A stretch of 46,668 nt of DNA, taken from the NCBI RefSeq assembly GCF_001194135.2, contig NC_068982.1:8229191-8275858 (forward strand). The letters are read 5' to 3'. The notes beneath the pieces are model-generated. The model worked only from the letters and a program-made list of their open reading frames with translations, had not been told where the DNA came from and did no database searches. Source of the DNA: Octopus bimaculoides. Taxonomy: Eukaryota. The position numbers and the translations under genes are program-made. Positions 1-10,318 of this stretch are shown here, in pieces (the stretch's first letter is position 1; the number at the start of each line of letters is the position of its first letter).

Positions 1-448
1 TCCTCCATCTACTTCCTTCCCAAGATCCACAAACCTAACAACCCTGGCCGCCCCATTGTCTCTGCTTGCATTTGCCCCACCGAACTCATTTCAAAATACC
101 TCGACCATATCCTATGCCCGTTAGTTGCTGCCCTCCCATCCCACATACACGACACTAATCACGCCCTTCGCCTCTTCAATTCCTTTTCTTTCCCACCAGG
201 CCCCTCACACCTCCTCTTCACCCTGGACATCAAATCCCTATACACCGTGATTCCACACAGCGATGGTCTCTCAACCCTCCAATACTTCCTTGACTGCCGC
301 CCTGACCCCACACCTAGCACCCCTTCCGTGCTTCGTCTGGCAGAACTCGTCCTCACCCTCAACTGCTTCACCTTCGCTGGAGATACCTACCAAAAGGTCT
401 CGGGGGTCGCGATGGGAACGAGAATGGGTCCCAATTATGCCAACCTCT
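1..448 (+). mobile_element. Penelope-like retroelement reverse transcriptase ORF (partial; truncated by window start and N gap)
   Basis: Frame 1 open for 149 codons: SSIYFLPKIHKPNNPGRPIVSAC...LFTLDIKSLYTVIP...YQKVSGVAMGTRMGPNYANL. LPKIHK/GRPIVS, DxxSLYT and GxAMGxxMGPxYANL are PLE RT motifs. Confidence 0.9.
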
Positions 449-548
449 NNNNNNNNNNNNNNNNNNNNNNNNNNNNNNNNNNNNNNNNNNNNNNNNNNNN
501 NNNNNNNNNNNNNNNNNNNNNNNNNNNNNNNNNNNNNNNNNNNNNNNN

Positions 549-599
549 TGTCTGGCATGAAAGATTCATCGTTCATCGATTCTGACAGATCACACAACA
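549..599 (-). CDS. Unit A discoidin-like exon 1, partial (LCDLSESMNDESFMPD), runs into N gap
   Basis: Acceptor catttttcag; 49 of 51 nt match the start of exon 2449-2708 in register. Confidence 0.85.
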
Positions 600-720
600 C
601 TGAAAAATGAAAGAATTGCCTCTTAAATAATGGAAAATTAAGGTACAGTGTTAATCTGTTATATATAAGGGAAAGAAATGAATCGTCCGATTTAAGAAAA
701 ATTGTATGACTATTACTCAC

Positions 721-783
721 ATTGAAGAGGGGTTGATGGGCTTGGAAAAAGTTTTGAAGTTGCCATGGCAGTGGAAGCAGGTT
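721..783 (-). CDS. Unit A 63-nt S/T/P linker exon (QPASTAMATSKLFPSPSTPLQ)
   Basis: ataatgcag/gtgagt boundaries, phase 1-1, paralogous to 2830-2892 and 4836-4898. Confidence 0.85.
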
Positions 784-1581
784 CTGCATTATAAAATACG
801 CATCGGATGAAGGAAGTATAAAACGAACGACATCAGTTTATACGATTTATATTCAATATTTTTGATGCAAACGAGATACACATTTGAAGTGATATAAAGA
901 GAAAAATGAGCGACAAATAAATATTTGTTGATGTGAGAATTCAGAATTCCTGTTCAGATTTGAGAATCTAAAAGAATATTGTTTGAATTGGCGAAGTTCC
1001 TTGTTGATGATGAAATATTTGTATAAAATATATTGAAAATGCCATGTAGAGGGCATATGTGGACATCCGTCCTGTGAATGATGCACTGATATAGACAATT
1101 GTGATATGTAGAAGTGGAACCCTTAGAATTGAGGAACAAATTCTGTGGGGAATTGAGGTTGGGCTCTGTCAATATAATGAGATCTCAGTAACTCCCTAAG
1201 GGAATACATCTTAATGACACTTTTGGAAACATGAAAATTCTAGGTGCAACGATCGAGATAATTTTGTTTTTATGGTTGGGAAATGAACGTGAATTAAAAC
1301 TTTTCTCAACCTTAATATCATACAAACTTTTACGAATATTGTGGAAATGACAAATTGGTGTTGGTCATATCAATTCTTCAATGTAATTATTATATGCGCA
1401 AAAGATCTGACTATATAAATCGGTTTCCCTCAGTCATTGAAAAGGAATGCACCCGAAAAATTTGGCAACACCTAATAAGAAAGATTTAGAAAATTTCTGT
1501 GAGAGTAGTTTCAAATTGCTGAATGTGCAGCTTTTTTGAGAAACTTGTGTTAATTTTCTTTTGTAGTGATAGTTGTATATT

Positions 1582-1793
1582 CTTTTCTATTCGAGCACAA
1601 GGCCAGAAATTTTTGGAGTTGGGGTCAGTCGATTAGATCAAGCCCAGTACGCAACTGGTACTTAATTTATCGACCCCAAAAGGATGAAAGACTAAATCGA
1701 TCTCGACGGAATTTGAACTCAGAACGTAAAGACAGATGAAATACCGCTAAGCATTTCGTCCGGCATGCTAACATTTCTGCCAGATCGCCGCCT
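1582..1793 (-). mobile_element. tRNA-derived SINE, family 3 (head GGCGGCGAGCTGGCAGAA; body CCTTTCATCCTTT-GGGGTCGATAAATTAAGTACC)
   Basis: Matches copies at 14681-15404 and 22578-22768; degenerate 15-bp TSD TGATAGTTGTATATT / TGATGTTTGTATATT. Confidence 0.85.
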
Positions 1794-1899
1794 TATGATG
1801 TTTGTATATTGAATGAACAATCCGCGTTTGATCAGTACATTAGAAACAATATTAGGAAATTTTTATTTTTGGGGTACTAATATTTATAAGAAAACTCAC

Positions 1900-1968
1900 G
1901 TGGACTAGTTCTTTGTACACTCGATGGAAGTGGTGATGTGACTGTTGGCATTACTGTTGAGATAGGCT
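1900..1968 (-). CDS. 69-nt S/T/P linker exon (QPISTVMPTVTSPLPSSVQRTSP)
   Basis: attgcag/gtgagt, phase 1-1, paralogous to 3942-4010 and 5981-6049. Confidence 0.85.
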
Positions 1969-2115
1969 CTGCAATATAAAATGAAATGCAAAGCACACGA
2001 TAGAAAAAAAGAGCTGCATTTCGACGACATTGTTAATAAAATTCTCTCAGCTGGAGAATATAACTTGTTACAGATCATTGTGTTTTATTTCTAAATATGA
2101 ATCTGTAGTACGTAC

Positions 2116-2242
2116 GTTTACAGAGTTTTGCAGATACAGTTACTAACATGTCTTCATTTGGTTTCAATGGACGTAGTACAATTGTTACAGTTGTCTGTCC
2201 ATTGCCTTGTGGGATGTTAACCATTTTATCTGGACTGGACGT
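2116..2242 (-). CDS. Unit B discoidin-like exon 2 (TSSPDKMVNIPQGNGQTTVTIVLRPLKPNEDMLVTVSAKLCK)
   Basis: tttgttag/gtacgt, 127 nt, phase 0-1, paralogous to 6186-6312. Confidence 0.88.
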
Positions 2243-2448
2243 CTAACAAATGAAATGGATTTTATTACACTAAAACATAGTTCATACATGTTTCATGCAA
2301 ATGTTTCATTTATAAGTATCCACAGTTTCGATTAATCGAATAAATTATTGTCGAGTGAGTACAGCAATAGAATATATCTTTGAAACAATGAATAATAAGA
2401 TTTAAAACGTTCAGTGATTATAGCGAAAAAAGAACTACTTGTGTCTAC

Positions 2449-2708
2449 CTTGAATGTATTATTTGCAATAGGACTTGATAACAAAATGGTATACGTTTTC
2501 ACATTGACATGTTGAATAAGGCGAATTATAGCGCCAGCATCTAGATTTGGGCCAATATCTAACGTGATAAACCTCTCCCTTTTCGAATTAGTTATCCATC
2601 CAACATCTGGTCTGATGTCACCGGGATTGCCAACTGGTGGATTGAGAGAGATGGCTGTGTCTGGCATGAAAGATTCATCGTTCATCGATTCTGACAGATC
2701 ACACAACC
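2449..2708 (-). CDS. Unit B discoidin-like exon 1 (WLCDLSESMNDESFMPDTAISLNPPVGNPGDIRPDVGW...VKTYTILLSSPIANNTFK)
   Basis: ttggcag/gtagac, 260 nt, phase 1-0, inside ORF 2332..2898; paralogous to 6559-6818. Confidence 0.88.
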
Positions 2709-2829
2709 CTGCCAAATAAAAGAATTGCCTCTTAAATAATGGAAAATTAAGGTACAGTGTTAATCTGTTATATATAAGGGAAAGAAATGAATCGTCCGAT
2801 TTAAGAAAAATTGTATGAATATTACTCAC

Positions 2830-2892
2830 ATTGAAGAGGGGTTGATGGGCTTGGAAGAAGTTTTGAAGTTGCCGTGGCAGTGGAAGGAGGTT
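2830..2892 (-). CDS. Unit B 63-nt linker exon (QPPSTATATSKLLPSPSTPLQ)
   Basis: ataatgcag/gtgagt, phase 1-1. Confidence 0.85.
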
Positions 2893-3941
2893 CTGCATTA
2901 TAAAATACGCATCGGATGAAGGAAGTATAAAACGAACGACATCAGTTTATACGATTTATATTCAATATTTTTGATGCAATCTAGAGAGACATCGGCAGAG
3001 ATATAAAGAGGAAAGGTAGCGGCAAATAAAGATGCGTGGATATGGACGAAAATGTTATCGTTGTTTTATTTGTAGTAAGAAATGTAATATTGATAGAGAT
3101 ATCTTACATGAAATTCAAAGGAGTTTGCATAAAATACCTGTGCTAAGCAGAATACGGGAGAAAGGAATTACTTAAACATCAAAAGGATTCCGTTTAATGA
3201 GGTGATTAATTTTCAGACAAATTCAGTATATAAGGTAAGGTTTAGTGATTTTCTACAGATTGAGAATTAATAATCCATGTTTAGATGAAAACAACGAAAG
3301 CAATGTTGTTTGGAATAGTGAACGTCGTTTGGGATGTAGAAATATTTGTGTAAAATATTTTGGAAATGCTGTGTAGAGAGCATATGTGAACATGCGTACG
3401 ATGAACGATGCACCGATCTAGTAATGGTGCGAAGTAGCAGCTGCATTGTATGAAGATTTTGGTTGTCAGTTCAACAACGGGAAATGACAGTAACATCCTA
3501 ACAGAATGTAACCCAATAATATTGCTGAAAATATAACATTTACAGCAGTTCTGAAGGAAAAGTAAAATTTGAATTTTCTCAACCTTAGCATCTTACAAAA
3601 GATTGCGGTCATTGTGCAAAGGAGAAGCTGGTGTTGATCCGATTCATTGTTCAATGAAATTATTAATTGCTCAAAAGATCTGAGAACATGATTCTTTTTC
3701 TAATTGTCGTAAAAATACTTTGAGATTGATGAATTTAGCAATACTTGGTACTAAAGAGTGAGAAAAATCCGCGAGATTTGTGTTGTTGTTTATGAATGGT
3801 CAGTGGTTTTCTGAAAGAAAATTATTCTCCTTTGCATTGATTAATGTATATTGAATGAACATGCTGCGTTCGATTACCTCATAGGAATTATGTTTGGAAA
3901 ATAATATCTTTTAGTACAATTACGTATAGAATAAAACTCAC

Positions 3942-4010
3942 GTGGACGAGTAGTTGGTAGTGTTGATGCAGTTGCTGAAGTGACTGGTGCCGTTGTTGTT
4001 GAGATAGGGT
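3942..4010 (-). CDS. 69-nt linker exon (HPISTTTAPVTSATASTLPTTRP)
   Basis: attgcag/gtgagt, phase 1-1. Confidence 0.87.
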
Positions 4011-4146
4011 CTGCAATATTAAATGGAGTGCAAAATATTTGATAGATAGAATTACTTGAATTTCGATGAAATTATAAAGATATTGCATCCATTAGAAAAC
4101 GAAGTAAAGGCAATGAAAGATTGAAAGTTTCATGTAAACTACTTAC

Positions 4147-4224
4147 GTTTACAGAGTTTTGCAGAGAGAGATACCAACATATCTTGGGTTGGATCGGTTG
4201 GTAAAAGTTCAATTTGTACCACGG
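4147..4224 (-). CDS. Unit C discoidin-like exon 2, 3' part (VVQIELLPTDPTQDMLVSLSAKLCK); remainder and exon 1 presumed in gap 4225-4722
   Basis: Donor gtaagt; near-identical to 6186-6263; the acceptor-flank sequence of exon 1 reappears at 4723. Confidence 0.82.
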
Positions 4225-4835
4225 NNNNNNNNNNNNNNNNNNNNNNNNNNNNNNNNNNNNNNNNNNNNNNNNNNNNNNNNNNNNNNNNNNNNNNNNNNNN
4301 NNNNNNNNNNNNNNNNNNNNNNNNNNNNNNNNNNNNNNNNNNNNNNNNNNNNNNNNNNNNNNNNNNNNNNNNNNNNNNNNNNNNNNNNNNNNNNNNNNNN
4401 NNNNNNNNNNNNNNNNNNNNNNNNNNNNNNNNNNNNNNNNNNNNNNNNNNNNNNNNNNNNNNNNNNNNNNNNNNNNNNNNNNNNNNNNNNNNNNNNNNNN
4501 NNNNNNNNNNNNNNNNNNNNNNNNNNNNNNNNNNNNNNNNNNNNNNNNNNNNNNNNNNNNNNNNNNNNNNNNNNNNNNNNNNNNNNNNNNNNNNNNNNNN
4601 NNNNNNNNNNNNNNNNNNNNNNNNNNNNNNNNNNNNNNNNNNNNNNNNNNNNNNNNNNNNNNNNNNNNNNNNNNNNNNNNNNNNNNNNNNNNNNNNNNNN
4701 NNNNNNNNNNNNNNNNNNNNNNTAAAAGAATTGCCACTTAAATAATGGAAAATTAAGGTACAGTGTTAATCTGTTATATATAAGGGAAAGAAATGAATCG
4801 TCCGATTTAAGAAAAATTGTATGAATATTACTCAC

Positions 4836-4898
4836 ATTGAAGAGGGGTTGATGGGCTTGGAAGAAGTTTTGAAGTTGCCGTGGCAGTGGAAGGAGGTT
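4836..4898 (-). CDS. Unit C 63-nt linker exon (QPPSTATATSKLLPSPSTPLQ)
   Basis: Same sequence and boundaries as 2830-2892. Confidence 0.85.
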
Positions 4899-5980
4899 CT
4901 GCATTATAAAATACGCATCGGATGAAGGAAGTATAAAACGAACGACATCAGTTTATACGATTTATATTCAATATTTTTGATGCAATCTAGAGAGACATCG
5001 GCAGAGATATAAAGAGGAAAGGTAGCGGCAAATAAAGATGCGAGGATATGGACGAAAACGTTATCGTTGTTTTATTTGTAGTAAGAAATGTAATATTGAT
5101 AGAGATATCTTACCTGAAATTCAAAGGAGTTTGCATAAAATGCTTGTGTTAAGCAGAATAGGAGGGGAAGCGGTTACTTAAACATCAGAAGTATTCTGTT
5201 TAATGAGGTGCTTAATTTTAAGAAAAAGTATATAACGTTTGGTGTTATTCAATAGATTGCGAATTAATAATCCATGTTTAGATGAAGACAAGGAAAGAAA
5301 TGTTGTTTGGATAGGTGAAAGTCCTTTTGGATGAAGAAATATTTGTAAAATATTTTGGAAATGCTGTGTAGAGGGCACATTGTGATCATCCGTACGGTGA
5401 TCGGTGCTCCGATGTAGGCATTGTGAAAAATATCAGTGAAGCGATAAGAGTTGAATAAATTGACAGCTGAATTCTATGAGAATTTAGGCAGTCAGTTTAA
5501 CAAAAGTACTTCATAACAGAACTTAACGCAATAACATCGGCGGAAATATGAAATTTACAGCAGTTCTGAAGTAAATTCGCTTATTGTAATGTATAGGAAA
5601 GAAATGAAAATTTAGAATTTCGTCAACCGTAGCTTCTTACGAACGATTGCATCCATTGCATTGTGCAAAAGAGAAACTGATGTTGATCCAATTCATTGTT
5701 CAATGAAATTATTATATGTGCAAGAGACCTGATCAAATGATTTGCTTTCTAATTATCGTGAAAATAGATTGAGTCTGATCAATTTAGCAATACTTGATTG
5801 AGAAAAATCAGCGAGACCTCTGTTATTTTTTAGGAATATGCTGTATTTTTCTGAAAGAAATTATTCTGTTTTGCAGTGATTAATGTATATTGAATGAACA
5901 TGCTGCGTTCGATCACTTCATAGGAATTATGTTTGGAAAATAATATCTTTTAGTACAATTACGTATAGAATAAAACTCAC

Positions 5981-6049
5981 GTGGACGAGTAGTTGGTAGA
6001 GTTGATGCAGTTGCTGAAGTGACTGGTGCCGTTGTTGTTGAGATAGGGT
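5981..6049 (-). CDS. 69-nt linker exon (HPISTTTAPVTSATASTLPTTRP)
   Basis: attgcag/gtgagt, phase 1-1. Confidence 0.87.
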
Positions 6050-6185
6050 CTGCAATATTAAATGGAGTGCAAATTATTCGATAGATAGAATTACTTGAAT
6101 TTGGATGAAATTATAAAGATATTGCATCCATTAGAAAACGAAGTAAAGGCAATGAAAGATTGAAAGTTTCATGTAAACTACTTAC

Positions 6186-6312
6186 GTTTACAGAGTTTTG
6201 CAGAGAGAGATACCAACATATCTTGGGTTGGATCGATTGGAGAAAGCTCAATTTGTACCGTGGTTTGACCATTATGTTGTGGAATGGCAACTGGTCGATC
6301 TGGAGTTGATTC
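6186..6312 (-). CDS. Unit D discoidin-like exon 2 (ESTPDRPVAIPQHNGQTTVQIELSPIDPTQDMLVSLSAKLCK)
   Basis: tttattag/gtaagt, 127 nt, phase 0-1. Confidence 0.88.
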
Positions 6313-6558
6313 CTAATAAATGAAATGAAACCTTAAGCTGAAATAACCTCGATGAGTAGGAAAAGCGTGAAAATTATACAGTTCGTCTTTTTAAGGATTG
6401 AAAGTGCTCTATTATATCTACGGTTGAATATTATTCATGAATTTAGCAAAATATATCGATCGATTCAGTTAGGAAAAGTTTGGGCTTTGATACAGTGTAT
6501 TGAGTACTTCGACATGTTTCCGTGATTAGAATGAAAAAAAAGAGCCACTACTGAATAC

Positions 6559-6818
6559 CTGGATTTGTCTTTTTGCAGAAGGATGTGATATGAAAACTGT
6601 ATAGGACTTCACATTCTCGTGTCGAACAAGGCGAATTGAACCTCCAACATCTAAGTTGGGGCCAATATCTAATGTGATAATCCTTGTGTCATTCGTATTA
6701 GTTCTCCATCCAAAATCGGGTCTGATGTCACCGGGATTGCCAACTGACGGCTGGAGTGAGATGGCAGTGTCTGGGATGAAAGATTCATCGTTCATCGCTT
6801 CTAATTGATCACACAACC
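6559..6818 (-). CDS. Unit D discoidin-like exon 1 (WLCDQLEAMNDESFIPDTAISLQPSVGNPGDIRPDFGW...SAKRQIQ)
   Basis: tttgacag/gtattc, 260 nt, phase 1-0, inside ORF 6526..6834. Confidence 0.88.
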
Positions 6819-6933
6819 CTGTCAAATAAAGCAATTCTCATAGAATGGAAAATTAAGTTAAAGCGTAATTATGTTGTCTATGGTTAAGAAAGCAAGCGGT
6901 AGATATCCCTAAAACTGTGAACTTGTAACTCAC

Positions 6934-7002
6934 ATTGACTCGTCGTTGATATCCTTGAAAAGACTCCCGAAGTTACAGGTGCCATTGTAGTGCTTGTAGT
7001 TT
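6934..7002 (-). CDS. S/T linker exon (ETTSTTMAPVTSGVFSRISTTSQ)
   Basis: tatattgtag/gtgagt, 69 nt, phase 1-1. Confidence 0.82.
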
Positions 7003-7456
7003 CTACAATATAAAAGTACGTTCCGTCAACAAAATCTTATATGTAACTGTATTTACTAATTTTTGCGGCATTGAAATGAAGAAAAGTTTATACTTTGCAA
7101 CAAAAATTACAAGGTTGATGCATATTCAATCGTACGCTCTAAATTTAAATGATTACCTCTTTTGTGTGCTAGCCAAGATATCAAATTTCTGGAGTATGTA
7201 TGATTTTTCTACCTCTGATTGTTTCTATGCAACAACTTAATTATATAAGGCGAATGTTTACAAAAACTTGTTTGGGTTTTACTCTTGTGTAGCCCACCTG
7301 TATATTGCCTTCTCTATTAATTAATTATACATTAAGGTAGAAAATCTTTGGTATGGATGGAATGTTTATTTAAATAACATGAGTTTATATCTTCTCTCCA
7401 CCTCTATACTCCTTATAAGGACTGATTTATAACTTATTTGAGAAAGTTTCGGTCTG

Positions 7457-7765
7457 TGGAGGCATATGGCCTTGAGGTTAGAGCAGCGGATTCGTGGTCG
7501 GGGGATGACGGGTTCAAATCTCAGACTGTGTGATGTGTGCATATGGTTACAAACGAAGCACCTAAGTTCCACGCGGCTCCGCAGAAGGTAATGGCGAACT
7601 TCCGTTGACTCTTTCGCCACGACTTTCTCTCACTCTTGTATCTAGCAGCTCACCTGTGACGGACCGGCATCCCGTCCAGGCGGAAAACCTATACGCCAAT
7701 ATAACTTGGAAACCGGGCCTTATGATCCAGGCATGGACCGAGAAGGAACATACAACAACAAAAAC
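7457..7765 (+). mobile_element. tRNA-derived SINE, family 2 variant (head GGAGGCATATGGCCTTGAGGTTAGAGCAGCGG; (ACA)n tail)
   Basis: A/B-box-like head (GGTTCAAATC); internal block shared with 36212-36582. Possibly one of the tRNA-Arg-derived octopus OR SINEs (name unverified). Confidence 0.75.
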
Positions 7766-7886
7766 ATAGTTTTGGTATACTCAAAAATTTGCTTTGATTA
7801 CATTGAAAATGTGGAGTACGGAGACAATGAATGTAAAAATATTATTTTATTCATCAATGATTATTTTGTAAGAATGTTTCCCTTAC

Positions 7887-7985
7887 CTGTAGCATAAGTT
7901 GGTCTCTGTGTGATGGTAGATATTGTGAAGACCAATCTTGTTGCTGGTTTTTGAACATTTGTTGAAACTTCTAGTGTACTGACTA
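7887..7985 (-). CDS. S/T-rich exon (VVSTLEVSTNVQKPATRLVFTISTITQRPTYAT)
   Basis: cttattcaacag/gtaagg, 99 nt, phase 1-1. Confidence 0.82.
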
Positions 7986-8704
7986 CTGTTGAATAAGATG
8001 GGATAACTGAAATGAAAATGAATACATTTGAAAAGTGATACAGAAATACCTCGCTTTACAGAAATAATGCGTTCCTGAAATATTCTGGTCGTAATGCAAT
8101 CCTAATGTGCAATTAATTTCCCTGCAGATTTTCGTGTTATCAAGTGAGATTACGTCCGTGCGTACGTTTTCGAAAAGACAAAACAGCATAAGAAATCAAC
8201 AGAGAACAAGCAACACAGTTACATTTATTCATGAAAATACTAATTTCTAAACACTCACAATATGACACATTGGGTTGGTGCATAATTACTGCAGCTTTTT
8301 CTCAACGAATTTTATTCAACAAAAACAATAACAACATGTAACAAAAACATCTTAAAATGATTATTCCGGAGCATATTCACCATCTACTTCAATTACTGCT
8401 TGGCAGACAGTCAACCCAATACATACATGAAGTACATACAATATAGATACATAAAAAACACGAAAACATTTCTAGAGGAATGTATTAGGAAATTAATTCG
8501 TTAGGTGACTCGGTACATTGTCTTCTTAAAAGTTTCAAACCAACCTTTTTAATTAGGAGGGATTTTAATTAGAAGTTTCACCTTATTTCTGCAAATCGGA
8601 AGATAAACTTTTGGCATTTTAAAAAATTATCATCATGTTTATCGGTACTTTACGCCGACCCATAACATTCAAGAGTCATTCCGTCTTAAGTGTTGCATTG
8701 TCAA

Positions 8705-8883
8705 GTGGCACTCCGTCGGTTACGACGACGTGAGTTCCAGTTGATCCGATCAACGGAACAGCCTGCTCGTGAAATTAACGTGCAAGTGACTGAGCTCTCC
8801 ACAGACATGTGTTCCTTTAATGTAGTTCTCGAGGAGATTCAGCGTGACAGAGTATGACAAGGCTGGCCCTTCGAAATACAGGT
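8705..8883 (-). mobile_element. SINE family 2, 3' half
   Basis: Matches 36212-36375 (GGCACTCCGTCG...GATCCGATC...GAAATTAACGTGCAAGTG). Confidence 0.8.
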
Positions 8884-9259
8884 TTCTTCCTGTTTCTGTT
8901 GAAACCTGCTCAGCTAATACCTCAACGTTTCCTCTTCCCATTAAGTTTAGTTATAGAAAGGCATATTCTCCCGCTACCAACCTAGCAATTCATTACGAAA
9001 TACGTCTGAGTAAATACCAATTTATGTCAAAAACTTTCTAGTTGTGTATTTAATTCATTACACGTACATCTATGCATACATATACAATGTGCTACTGAAA
9101 CAGTTTTAAAAACACAACATAAATGGTTTGATACAACACTCAGAAATCTACAAAGAATGATTAAATTTTTATGTACAAATAATATTTTATTGGTAAGTGT
9201 CCCTCAAATGCATACTTTTTCTACCATCAATAAAATATAATTATTGATAAAATTCCTAC

Positions 9260-9405
9260 CACAATCATGTTCATCAGATCCAGAAAAACAGTCCATATTT
9301 CCATCACATATCTTGGTTTTATTTATACAATGACCATCTTCGCATTGGAACTCGTCTTCATGGCATTTACAGGTATCACATGTCATGTTTCCACTTTTAC
9401 AAGTG
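9260..9405 (-). CDS. vWC-like end + LDL-receptor class A repeat (CTCKSGNMTCDTCKCHEDEFQCEDGHCINKTKICDGNMDCFSGSDEHDC)
   Basis: tttttatag/gtagga, 146 nt, phase 2-1; canonical LDLa Cys and acidic pattern. Confidence 0.93.
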
Positions 9406-9764
9406 CTATAAAAATAAATAAAAACAATAAAATTGTCCCAAATTAGTTTAATTATATAACAAATAAAATATTACATCTCATGAAGCTAATTAGTGCAAGA
9501 CATATTTCTAGGTATGAGGTAACACGAAAAAACAAAAAAACAAATTCATTGAAATTCATTAAAAAAAAGACTTCTGTCCGTAAGAAAATATTTTACTTTA
9601 ATCAGTTAAAAAAAAAGTAAGTCTCCGTATTCTTTATAACTATTTGATATATATATACACATATATATATATATATATATANNNNNNNNNNNNNNNNNNN
9701 NNNNNNNNNNNNNNNNNNNNNNNNNNNNNNNNNNNNNNNNNNNNNNNNNTATATATATGACTAT

Positions 9765-9960
9765 GTGTTTCTTTGTGTCTGTGTTTGTCCTCCATCACTG
9801 ACTGATAGCCAGTGTTGATGTGTTTGCGTCCCTGTAACTTAGCTTTACAGGAAACCGATAGAATAAGTAGTAGGTTTTACAAAAAATAATAAGTACTGGG
9901 TTCGATATGTTTTCGAGGCGGTGCCCCAGCATGGCCGCAGTCTAAAGATTGAAAAAAAAG
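9765..9960 (+). mobile_element. SINE family 1, 3' half after microsatellite and gap
   Basis: GTGTTTGTCC...GATAGAATAAGTA...GGTGCCCCAGCATGGCCGCAGTC, as in 23485-23912. Confidence 0.75.
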
Positions 9961-10001
9961 GACTGATAAATGATATGATTGAGATAAGGTTAAAAACTTA
10001 C

Positions 10002-10098
10002 CAATTTTTGCAAGAAGCTACGAAAATTTTAGTTCCTGATGGATACAGTTTTCCTTCATATAAACAAGGGCAACTTTCTTCAGGAATACATTTTCCTC
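10002..10098 (-). CDS. TIL end / vWC-like exon (GGKCIPEESCPCLYEGKLYPSGTKIFVASCKN)
   Basis: aactgcag/gtaagt, 97 nt, phase 1-2. Confidence 0.92.
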
Positions 10099-10277
10099 CT
10101 GCAGTTTGAATAAAATACCATTACAAAATATTGCTAAAACACATCATCATTGTAAGTGCACATTTATATACGTGACTATGTTTGCATGCAAACATATAAG
10201 TATATTCAGGTGACAAAATAAATGTTATATGAATATATTTGGTGACGCAAAGAGGGAAATTAAAACTCAATACGTGA

Positions 10278-10318
<41 letters not shown>

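Noticed and set aside
271-4904. Three repeated ORFs starting MQNLLPLP
   Set aside because: They read the 63-nt exon in the wrong frame and then run through an intron; the spliced frame is QPPSTATATSKLLPSP.
954-5378. Similar intronic ORFs in the repeat units (954-1172, 3281-3496: CIxHRTxVHICxLH) with many first- and third-position differences
   Set aside because: The third unit has a 2-nt deletion and a 1-nt insertion here, no splice sites frame the segment, and the gene splices in frame without it. A decayed coding relic cannot be fully excluded.
2116-6818. CysD identity for the repeated domain
   Set aside because: Only two Cys and no WxxW motif; CysD has about ten Cys.
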